Source: Prorocentrum cordatum | Taxonomy: Eukaryota | Length of the DNA stretch: 64,000 bases | NCBI GenBank assembly: GCA_963575745.1 | Contig: CAUYUJ010000225.1 | Span: forward strand, 558,001-622,000 | Reading direction: 5' to 3' | Shown: positions 14,725 through 25,699 of the stretch, piece by piece | Layout: each line of letters starts with the position of its first letter | Position numbering within the stretch: the stretch's first letter is position 1 | The notes under the pieces: model-generated | The model's database searches: none | What the model was told of the DNA's origin: nothing | Seen by the model: the letters and a program-made list of their open reading frames with translations, nothing else | Position numbers and translations under genes: made by a program

Positions 14725-17470
14725 TGAGCGCGCAGGGGGGGTGGGAACCCCTCCCCCCCCTTTCCCAGATCCGTCGTCGAGAAACCCCCCCTCGCCTTCC
14801 CTCCCCCCCTTTCCCGGTCCGTCGTCGGGGAAGACCTCCCCCTCCCCCCCTTTCCCGGTCCGTCGTCGGGGAACCTCCCCCTTCCCCCCCTTTCAAAGGG
14901 GGGGGGGTGTCCGGACACCCCGCCTCCCCCTTTTGGCTGCCAAATTCGAGCCCCCCCCCTTTCGCCACGGCGCCCCCTGGCTCCGGAACCTGACCCCTAG
15001 AATTCCTAACGCTACCACCCCGACCACCAGTAACCCTAACCCCAAACCCTAGCCCCAAACAGAACTCAGCGCTCATTATTCACTACCCACTGCCCACTTC
15101 TCACTACTCGCCACTTCTCACTACTCACTGCTCGCTACTCACGACTCTACTCACTACCCACTACTCACTACCCACTACCCACTACTCACTACTCGCTACT
15201 AACTACCACCAACTCACTACTCACTACTCACTATTCATTACCCACTACTCGATGCTCACTACTCACCATACACTACTCACTACCCACTACTCACTACTCA
15301 TTAATCACTACTCACGACCCACTAACCACTATCCACTACTCACTACTGAGTACTGACCATTCACTACTCACTACTCACTGCCCACAACTCACTACTCACT
15401 ATCCGCTGCTCGCTACTCGCTACTCCCTACACGGTACTCACTGCTCACTACTCACTACTCGTTACTCCCAACTCGCTACTCGCTACCCGATACGCAATAC
15501 TCACTGCCCACTACGCACTATTCACTACTCAGGACTCCTTACTCCCTACTCCCTACTCACTAGTCACAAGTCACAACTCAGTACTCACTACCTACTCGCT
15601 GCTCTCTACTCGCTACTCCCTACGCACTACCCACTACTCACTACCCACTTCTCTCTCCTCGCTACTCGCTACTCACTACTCACTACCCACTACTCACCAC
15701 TCGCTACTCCCTACTCGCTACTCACTACTCCGACACACTACTCACGAGCGACTACTCCCTCCTCACTACTCACTACTCACCACGCCCTACTCGCTACTCC
15801 CTACTCACTACTCGCTACTCTATTCGCTACACACTACGCACTACCCACTCCCCACCACCCACTACTCACTACTCAATACTCACTTCTCACTGCGCACTAT
15901 TCACTACTCACTACTCACTCCTCACTACTCGCTACCGTCTACTCACTACTCACTCTTCACTACTTACTACTCACTACTCACTACTAACCACTCACTACTC
16001 ACTACTCTCTACTCACTACTCACTATGCACTACCCACTACTCACTGCTCACTACATACCACCCACTACTCAATAACCACTACTCACCACTCACTACTCTC
16101 ACTACATGCCACCCACTACTCACTACCCACTACTAACTACTCACTAACCCCTACGCACTACGCACAACTCACTACTCACGACCCAGTACCAAATACCCAC
16201 TACTCATTATTCACGACTCACTGAGCACTACTCACTACAAAGTACCCACTACTCCCTACTCACTAGTCAAGAACCTCTACTCTTTACTCACTACCCACTA
16301 CCCCCTATTCCCTACTCACTTCTCACTAATATATACTCTCTTCTCCCTACTCACTACTCGCTACTCGCAACCCACTACCACTACTCAAAACTCACTACTC
16401 ACTCCTCGCTACTCACTACCCACTACCAACTACTCACAACCCACTACTCACTACTCACAACTCACTACCCACCAGCCACAACCCACTACCCACAACCCAC
16501 AAGTCGTTACTCGCTACTACCTACTTCCTATTCCACACGCACTACTCACTACTCGCTGCTCCCTAATCGCGCTAGTCAATACTTCACTACTCCCTACTCA
16601 CTACTCGCTGCTCCCTACTCGGCACTCACTACTCACTACTCCCTCCCCACTACCCACTACTCCCTACTCCCTACTCACTACCCAACACTCAATACTAACT
16701 ACCGACTACTTACTGCCCAGCCCCCACTACTCGTTACTCGCTACTCCCCACTCCCTACTCCGTTCCCACTTCTCACTACCTACTGCTCACGACTCACCAC
16801 TCTCGACTCCGTACTCAATACTTGCAATTCCCTATCCCTTGCTCGATACACACTTCTCACTACCAACTACCCACTACTCACTACCGACCACCCACGACCC
16901 ACTCAATACTCACTACCCACCACCCACTGCGAACTACTCAAGACTCACTACTCACTACCCAGTGCTCACTACCCACTACTCCCGACGCACCACTCACTAG
17001 TCACTACTCACTACTCACTACGCACTACCCACCCCTCACACCTCACGAATGACGACTCACTGCGCGCTACTCACTGCCCTCCCCCTCTCGAAGCCTTCGT
17101 GAGGCCAGTCTGGGAAGGAATCGAAATATCCAGAAACCAGAAAATCGAAAGATCCCGAGGTCAGACCCCTCCCCCTTGCGGGAGAGGCCCCTCCCTGGCC
17201 CCCTGTTCGGCGCCAAGGGGGGGAGGGGGGAGGGGGGTTTCGAACCACCCCCCCTCCCCCGTCCAGCGCCAAGGGGGGGAGGGGGCGGGTCTGGAACCCC
17301 CCGTCCCCCTTCAAGGGGAGGGGGGGAGGGGAGGGTTCGGACCCCCCCCCCTTAAGGGGGGGAGGGGGGGGTAGAAGATCTCTCCCCCCCCTTTGAAGGG
17401 GGGGAGGGAGGGGGGAGTTCTGCGAGCACCCCCCCTTTTCAATTACAGGGTGATCTAGTGGCGCGCTTTC
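14725..17470 (+). mobile_element. TIR-type non-autonomous element carrying a (CACTACT)n heptamer satellite, copy A (left TIR eroded)
   Basis: Same order of parts as 42244-43815: C/G tracts with CCGTCGTCG, CCCTAACCCCAAACCC, heptamer array 15075-17075, C/G palindromes, end GGGTGATCTAGTGGCGCGCTTTC. Confidence 0.7.
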
Positions 17471-17989
17471 TTTAGACTTGGAAGCCCACCACACCAAAAA
17501 TGCAAGTCCACCATAACAGAAATACGGTTGAGCGTAAAAGAACAAAAGCAAAACTTGAGCAAACAATTTCAAAAACCAACCCTTCAAATCCATACACATG
17601 GAATCCCAAGAGCCAGCACCGATAAGGGGTTCAATTGTAGATCAGCGCTCCCCCCCCCTTGTAGGAGGTGAGCTATGCATCGAGTTCCTTGTGTGGCGCG
17701 CCAACAAAAACATGAATCGCAAATCATTGAATTGCAGGCACAACACAAACCATAAAAGGAATGTACGTCAAAGGCGGAATAAAAACCTGAACGAGACTTC
17801 AACATACGGACATAACTGACACCATCGACACTCAAACAAAACGAAGTCCACGTGTGAAACCACCGCAACAATATAAAGGCGCCATGCTAAGAGATTCAAC
17901 TATAGATCGGTACTCCTCCTCCTCCTCCTCCTCCTCCTCCTCCTCCTCCTCCCCCTGCTCCTTTTAGGAGGTGAGTCAGCGGTGGCTCC

Positions 17990-18071
17990 TGACTCTACTA
18001 CTCCAACAACGACGACAACGACTACGACGGCGACTACTACTACTACTGCTACTACTACTACCACTACTACG

Positions 18072-18121
<50 letters not shown>

Positions 18122-18125
18122 AACA

Positions 18126-18158
<33 letters not shown>

Positions 18159-18159
18159 G

Positions 18160-18197
<38 letters not shown>

Positions 18198-18303
18198 GCT
18201 ACTACTACTACTACGACTACTACTACTACTACTACTACTACTGCTACTACTACTACTACTACGCCAACTACTACTACGACTACCACTAGTACTACTATTA
18301 GTT

Positions 18304-18337
<34 letters not shown>

Positions 18338-18414
18338 TGCTTCCACTATCGCTACTACTACCAGTACTAGTATTACCACGACTACTACTACCACTACCAC
18401 CGCTACTACTATTA

Positions 18415-18452
<38 letters not shown>

Positions 18453-18453
18453 G

Positions 18454-18503
<50 letters not shown>

Positions 18504-18625
18504 GCCACTACGGCTGCTACGACTACTACGACGACTACTACTACTGCTGCGATTACTACTACTACTACCACTACTACTACCACTACTACTATTACTACTA
18601 CGAGTACTACTACTACTACTACTAT

Positions 18626-18687
<62 letters not shown>

Positions 18688-18877
18688 GTGTTACAGCAAC
18701 TATTACTACTACTACTACTACTACTACTACGACGACGACGACGACGACGACGACTACTACGACGACGACGACGACGACGACTACTACTACTACTACTACT
18801 ACTACGACTACGATTACAATTACGACTACGACTACGACTACTACGACTACTACGACGACTACTACTACTACCACTAT

Positions 18878-18918
<41 letters not shown>

Positions 18919-18946
18919 TTACTACTACTACTACTACTACTATTAT

Positions 18947-18980
<34 letters not shown>

Positions 18981-19002
18981 GTTACTGCTAGTACGAGTAT
19001 TC

Positions 19003-19057
<55 letters not shown>

Positions 19058-19200
19058 GACTCCTACTACTGCAACGAGGACGACGACGAGGACGAAGACG
19101 ACGACTACTACTACTACTTCTTCTTCTACTGCTGCTACCCCTACTCCTACTCACCACGACTACGACTACGACAAATTCTACCGCTACTACTACGGAGGAG
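17990..19200. repeat. (CTA)n/(CGA)n microsatellite
   Basis: Direct reading. Confidence 0.97.
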
Positions 19201-19559
19201 GAGAAGGAGGCAACATAGTAATGTACGAGGAAGAGGAGTCAGCAGAAACAGGCAAGGCAGGATGAGCCAGGAAGAGACAGGATGATGAGACAGGAGGCAG
19301 GAGGAGGAGGCACGAGGCAGGAGGAGGCATGGGGAGGCAGGAGGATGAGGCACGATGAGGAGGAGGACGAGGAGCAGACAGGAGGAGAAGGAGGAGGCAG
19401 GAGGAGGTAGGAGGGAGCAGGTGTAGACTCCCATGCAGGCTAAAATGATTATCATGCGGGGTCCTACCGTCGGAGCAACTGGTGTTCTTTTTTTTTCTGT
19501 GGGCAAACCATCGCCGCAAGAGAGAGCTCACACGCACATCTCCTCTCTTTTCACTACAC

Positions 19560-19593
19560 TCGTCATCATCACCACCATCACCATCACCATCAC

Positions 19594-19628
<35 letters not shown>

Positions 19629-19662
19629 GCATCATCATCATCATCAACGCCATCATCAACGC

Positions 19663-19730
<68 letters not shown>

Positions 19731-19737
19731 CCAACGC

Positions 19738-19769
<32 letters not shown>

Positions 19770-20221
19770 GCATCATCATAACCTCATGAAGCCATCAAGG
19801 AACCCCGGGGTTATCATCAGCACAGCACCGAAATTAAATAATTATGGGGGGTGGTTTTCGCCGAACGATATGATTAGCACCGCGCAAATGGAACGAACAT
19901 AGATAATTCCCGCGCCCTGGCTCGGGTGGTATCCCAATTGGAATCGGAATACGAAGAATAATAAAAGTGAAATACGAATAATAAGAATAGGAATAAGAGG
20001 AAGGATAAGAGTAGGAGTGATAACAATAGTAATTGCTTGTTTCGGCGAGCAGACTCGTCTGCGTTCACATAAAGGTGCGAGGTGCCAGGGTAACGCTTCT
20101 GGGGTGCCGGGTGCGTTGCACTTTCGCCGGAGAGAGGGGGGGGGCTCTTAATTGCTTCATGAGGTTAACTAATCATCATAATCATCATCATCATCATAAT
20201 CATCATCATCATCACCACCAC

Positions 20222-20257
<36 letters not shown>

Positions 20258-20700
20258 TCTCCCATATGCTGATACCTGCACTCTCAGTCGCAACATGATC
20301 ATCACCAGCATCCTCATCTCTCACGCACGTCCACAGATCCTCAGCGCCACGATCACCAACAGCATCATCACATTCACACAAACATACTCAGCAAATCCTC
20401 ATCACCACCACCACCACTACTCGTCATCCTCACACTCAGCATTACAATCACCATAATCACCTTCACCATCACCGTCACCGTCACCATCATCATCAGCATC
20501 ATCATCACCACCATCATCGCCACCATCATCATGAACAACATAATCACTGCCACCACCACCACCAGCATCATCTTCATCCTCATCCTCATCCGCATCCTCA
20601 GCATCATCGTCAGCATCAGCAGCAGCATCAGCATCAGCAGCATCATCAGCATCAGCATCAGCATCAGCATCAGCATCAGCATCAACATCACCATTACAAT
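19560..20700. repeat. (CAT)n / (CAGCAT)n microsatellite tracts (19560-19790, 20170-20260, 20400-20700)
   Basis: Direct reading. Confidence 0.9.
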
Positions 20701-20881
20701 CCGCACCGCCACGCTCACTCGCAAATTTACGAGTGGTCGGCAGCTTTTTGCTCCCCGTGCCGCGGCGATTTGGCCACTGCGGCTCGCCCTGCCCTGCAGG
20801 CGGACAGCGTGTCGCGACGCTCCGCGGGGCGGGGAACTCGGGAGGGTATGGGGCGTTGAAGCCTGGGGACTGGGAAGCGGA

Positions 20882-21035
20882 TAGGGGGCCACATGCGAAC
20901 CCTACCCCTACCCCCCACGACTTCTGAGGGGGAGGGTGGGGTTCACTTCGTTCGGGAGGTCACGAGCGAAGTGAGTCCCACCCTCCCCCTCAAAAATCGT
21001 GGGGGGTAGGGGTAGGGTCCGCATGTGGCCCCCTA
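20882..21035. mobile_element. 154-bp fold-back (palindromic) MITE with 5-bp target-site duplication
   Basis: ~72-bp inverted arms TAGGGGGCCACATGCG...CGCATGTGGCCCCCTA. GCGGA on both flanks (20877-20881 and 21036-21040). Confidence 0.85.
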
Positions 21036-21149
21036 GCGGACAGCGTGTCGTGCCGAAGTTCTATAGGCGAGGACCGGCGGCGCGATACGCGATCCACGAA
21101 CTCCTGACCGTACGCGCTCACGCGGTAGAAAGCACATGCACTCGCAGTG

Positions 21150-22510
21150 GGGAAGTTTCAGGCGGGAGCCTCGCTTGTGAGTCACTTGCAAGGCAGGCTC
21201 AGGCGGGAGCCCCCTCCCTGTGGTCCCTGCGCTTCACGTGGCAAATCGGAGGCGGCCATCGGCAATCATGTCAAAACGCATGATCTTGTACTCATCGAGT
21301 CGCCAGGGCCAAATTCCCAGAAGTGGTTTCGAGTGTCCAGACCCAGCTGTAGGTTTATAGTGCCCTTCGAATTCCTAACACCCAACTCCCAGGCCTCATT
21401 TGTACGCCCGGAGCCAACTGTATACCTTTTCGTGATCCCAGAACTCCACTGCTTGAGCTGATGTTGCACATCTGGAGCAAACCGTAAGCCACTTCGAGCA
21501 GATCGTGCTCCCAGAACTCCGCTCTTAGGGCTGACTTTGAATGTCTGGTGCCAACTGTACGTCACTTCGGGCTCTTCGTGCTCACTCATGCACTCGTAAC
21601 CAGGACGTCTCAAGCGGGAGCCTTTTCGCAGCTCAGTTATGCGGCGGGGGCCCCTCCTCCCTATGGGGCCTGTACCGCACGTTACTCATCCGAGGCGGCC
21701 ATCGGCAACCCTTCAAAACACACATGGTTTAAAGATCATCGGGTCGCCTGAGCGCCATTCCCCGAACTGATTTCGAGTGTCAGGAGCCAACTGTATGTCA
21801 TTTCGGCCCTTTCGAATTCCCAGAGCTCCGCTACCAGGTCTCATTTGTTATGTCTGGAGCCAGCGGTATGCCATCTCTGGCTCCTCGGGCTCCCGTAACT
21901 TCGTTCTCATGGCTGATTCGTAGCCTGGAGCCAACTGCAGGCAGCCTCGGTTTGTTCCTGCTCCCAGAAATTTGCGGCTGGGTCTGATTTTGAATGTCTG
22001 GAGATTGCTGTAAGCCACTTCGAGCTCTTCGTGCTCCACTGATAGTCGCGGATGAGGGGGGCCTCGTTTGTGAGTTTGTTGCGAGGAAGTCTCAGACGAG
22101 AGGAGGTTGGAGTCCGCATTTCATATTACTGGTCCGAGGTGGCCATCAGTGAGACTTTGAGAACACATGGTTGTGTGATCATCGTGTCACCTCAACTCCA
22201 TCTCCATAAGAGATTTCAAGGTGTCCAGAACAAACTCTATGCCACTTCGGCCTCCTCAGAAACCCCTAGTTCATTCCCAGGCATCACTCTCCGTATCCAG
22301 AGCCACCTGCAAGCCACTTTGGACTCTTCTCTTCGTGCTCCCAAATCTGCACTCCTGGAGATGATTTTGCACGTCCCATGCCAACTGTAAACCACTTCAG
22401 GCTCTTCGTGCTCCCAGAACTTCACTCCCAGGCTTCATTCTGCATGTCTGGAGCCTGCTGTAAGCCAATTCGGGCTCTTCGTGTTCCCAGAATTCACTCC
22501 CGGGATTGGC
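21150..22510 (+). repeat. Degenerate tandem repeat (TGTCTGGAGCCAACTGTAAGCCACTTCGGGCTCTTCGTGCTCCCAGAA-like) with ~440-bp higher-order period
   Basis: GAGG(C/T)GGCCATC(G/A)G recurs at ~21250, ~21692 and ~22136; the short unit recurs throughout. Confidence 0.75.
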
Positions 22511-22789
22511 TTTGCGCTCGCATCCTGGCATATTCACATCCTAGCACCTTGGCGTCCTGGCGTCACTGGCATCTCTAGTATCCCTGGCATCCTGGCAACC
22601 CTGGTATGCGAGGCATGCAGGCATAGGTCCCATAGGTCTGACAGAGTCTCACGGGTCAGGGAATCGCGCCATCACTCACACACTCACGCATTCACTCACA
22701 CACTCCCGTACACACACACAATTACACATGCACGCCGCACCTACCCTCGCCTCGCGCATCGTTCTGAGATCGCCCCGCATGAATTTGCT

Positions 22790-23370
22790 CCCCAGCTCTC
22801 TTTTCGGCCAGGAGACGGCCAAGATGGCCTCAAAGATGGCTTCCAAGAGAGCCACGATGACACTGAGACGGCCCAAGACAGCTCAAGAGGCCCTCAAGAC
22901 TGCTTCAAGACTGCCCAAGAGGCTCCCACGACGGCCCAAGAGGGCTCCAAGAGGCCCTCCAGGAGAACCCGAGGAGGCAACAAAGTAACAAACATTGATG
23001 CTTCTTCTGTTTTTTGTCCATGATGTTGGGGTTCTCGCTCGCTTCGGTTTCCAACTGCCCGAGACGGCCCGAGAGGCCTCCACTGTAGCTCCAAGACAGC
23101 ATAAGACAGCCCATGGGCCATGAGGCCCCCAACGAGGGCCTCGCGTCGGCCCTAGAGGACCTCAAGACTGCCCAGGAGCCCCCCCAAGAGGGCCCCGAGA
23201 CGGCCCCGAAGCGCTCCGGAGAGGCCAACAAGAGAGGCCACCAGCATGGCCTCGGAAGGCGCCACACACACGGGTGAAGAGCCTCCTAAGTAAGCCGGCC
23301 CAGGAGACCCCACGAGGCCCAGAAGAGGCCACGAGAGGTCCCCTGGCCCAGGTCCAAGGAGCGGCCCGTG
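22790..23370 (+). repeat. GGCCCAAGA/CCCCAAGA-rich dispersed repeat (related inverted copy at ~56960-57480)
   Basis: Repeated CCAAGA motifs here and TCTTGG motifs at 56960-57480. Confidence 0.55.
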
Positions 23371-23436
23371 AACCAGAGCCCCCCCCCTGAGCACCTGGCG
23401 GTCCTCATTTCAGCGCCTTGGCTGCAGCGAACCTTC

Positions 23437-23559
23437 GGAGGCCCGCGCGAATTTTCTTGGATCGGCGCTGGAACCGGCGCCGCCCCTGGCGCGCCCCTCG
23501 CGCTGGCCAGGGGGACGGGGTATTCAAGCGCCGATCCAAGAAAGTCCGCGCGGACCTCC
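23437..23559. mobile_element. ~125-bp MITE (second copy at 59984-60112)
   Basis: Imperfect ~35-bp TIRs with core TCTTGGATCGGCGCT / AGCGCCGATCCAAGA. Confidence 0.75.
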
Positions 23560-24834
23560 AATGTTTCTGTTCGAGTCGTTTTCTTTGTTTTACTTTTCGT
23601 CGGGGATGCACTAACCGGGATCTTCATAAACCCCGGTGGGCCAGGACCTTGTGGCGAAGCCCGGCTGGCCGCATCGTAGATCCCAAGCCCGGGACAGCGG
23701 AAGGCGGAGAGTGGGAATCGGCCCCATGTGGCTCCCAAGCCCGGGTCGACTCCGTTATAGAGGCCTCCCAGATGAAGCCCTGGTAGATGGGGTCAGAGGA
23801 TCGCGCCGCATCGCCGATGCATCGATGATGCATCAGCTGCGTCGGCGGTGCATCGGCGACGCTGGCGTGGCGTGAAGGAACACGGGCTCCACATCGAGCC
23901 GCACCGCCGATTCATCGGCGATGCGGCGCGAACCTCCGACCGCATCTACTCCATCCCCATCTGGGAGGCCTACACGTCAGCAATGGCCCTCGTTGCGTGA
24001 GCCCCGACTTCGAGCTTCGGCCGGCGCTCCGGCGCGCCCGCCGCGGAGGGCCCCACCGCCGAGAGACCGCGGCGTCGTCGCGACCCCTGCGCTGCGCTGC
24101 AGCGGTCGGGCAGGCGCTCACCACGCCCTGCCCATCGTGCCGGTGCGCACGGCCGCAGCTTCCTGGCCGACTTTGCCTGCACGGCCTCAGCGGGGCAAGC
24201 CCTTCACCAGGGTCTGGTGGCAACTCATAGAAGCCTCCAGTGCCATCTTGTTGGCTCTTGCGAGTCGACGCTAATCGACGCGGGTCGACGCTAATCGACG
24301 CTGAATCGGCGCTTTCTCATCGACTACCAGACACTAGCGGCACGCGGATGCGCTCTGAGGACGGAACTGCGAGGACACGCAAGGCTCTCCTGATTTGCTA
24401 CCGGACGCACGGTCTCCAGGGGGCCACCTGCCTGCACCAGGGGCCCTGCCTGCACAGCGCCAGCGGGTGAGCCACTCGCAGCGCTGAACGCGCCGTGCTC
24501 CCGGACGGAGGCCATGGTTCGCGGTCTCCTGTGCCCGCGGCCGCTCCCCAGGCCAACGGGAGGCCGCGGCAGCGCGGCGGTGCGCGGGCTCGAGACTGCC
24601 GCCTGCAGGACCTCCAGCTCGTCGGAATTATCCTCAGCCTGGTGACCCCCGCTGTTCATTCCAGTGCTGTGGCCTCGCAATGCTCCGCGTCTGCCCGGAG
24701 CGCGTGCACGTCAGAACCGGCAGGGCGAGCTGGTGGTGAACTCAACTCATGCCCACGGTCGGGGTCGGAGTCGAACATTGTCGAACGCCGTGTGCACCAT
24801 CGCGGCCCGTGCGCGCTCAAGACAATGAGAATAG

Positions 24835-24988
24835 CCTGGCGAAGGACCCAACCATATGCATCTCGGAATACCGTCGTTGTTGGTATCGCCTTCGTTGGAT
24901 ATTTTGATGGGGCCACGAAGCATGCGAGGAGTGTGATGATGATCATTATGATGATGATGCTGATGATGATGATGATGATGATGATGAC

Positions 24989-25039
<51 letters not shown>

Positions 25040-25443
25040 GACGACGACGACGATGACGATGGCGGCGATGATGATGCGCAGGGTCGAAACAGAGATGGGA
25101 TGGGGGGAGGAGAAGGAGGGCGAGGAGGACGCAGACGGACGGCACCATTGGGGCCTTAGGTTGAGCTCCCCATGAGGACACGAAACGTGTGAGGGGTGTG
25201 CCGAAATCGATGGCGGGGGTCGCATGCGGGCGGCATCATTTGGGCCTTGGGTGAAGCTCCCTATGGGGCCACGAAACAGGTGCAGGGTGTGCCGAAATGG
25301 TTGACTGGTGCGAAGGGCAGAGGCAGGGATGGGAGGAGGCAGGAGCGGGAGGGGGGGGGGTGGAGGAGAAAGAGGAGAGGAGAAGGAGGCGGGGCGCTCT
25401 CTTCAAAACGAGGACCCAACACCACAGGATGGTTGGCAAAAAA
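24835..25443. mobile_element. Non-autonomous repeat element family 2, copy B (with (GAT)n); abuts the retrotransposon left end
   Basis: CCTGGCGAAGGACCCAACCA start, GGGGCCACGAA units, end CTCTTCAAAACGAGGACCCAACACCACAGGATGGTTGGCAAAAAA. Confidence 0.8.
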
Positions 25444-25604
25444 TAGGATGTTTGGTAAAACTGATGGATCTCCCCGACTCCAGAACTGGCGCGGGCTTCC
25501 ACTTGCGGTTCCCTTGCTCCTGCCCTTGCCTCTTGCTTGCCCTTTCTCTCTCCCTCCCTCTTCACCGCCGCTCCGCGGCTCAAGCCTTTCTAAGGCCAAG
25601 CTGG
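25444..25604 (+). repeat. Split direct repeat A1 (161 bp)
   Basis: Identical to 41355-41515 except A25592 vs G41503. Confidence 0.97.
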
Positions 25605-25699
25605 GGGTCGGCCTCAGTTGGCCTAAGGCCGGGCCCCGGAGGGGCCAGAAGACTCCCAGGCCTGGGTCCAGGCCTGGCAGGGGCGCCCGCGGCCGCACG

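Noticed and set aside
23880..24700. GC-rich stretch with a possible minus-strand exon (AEDNSDELEVLQAAV...)
   Set aside because: No recognisable domain; runs into a dispersed repeat; cannot be supported without transcripts.
25196..25443. ORF-track start of the 1931-aa ORF
   Set aside because: Lies in the flanking family 2 repeat outside the element; the open frame is fortuitous.
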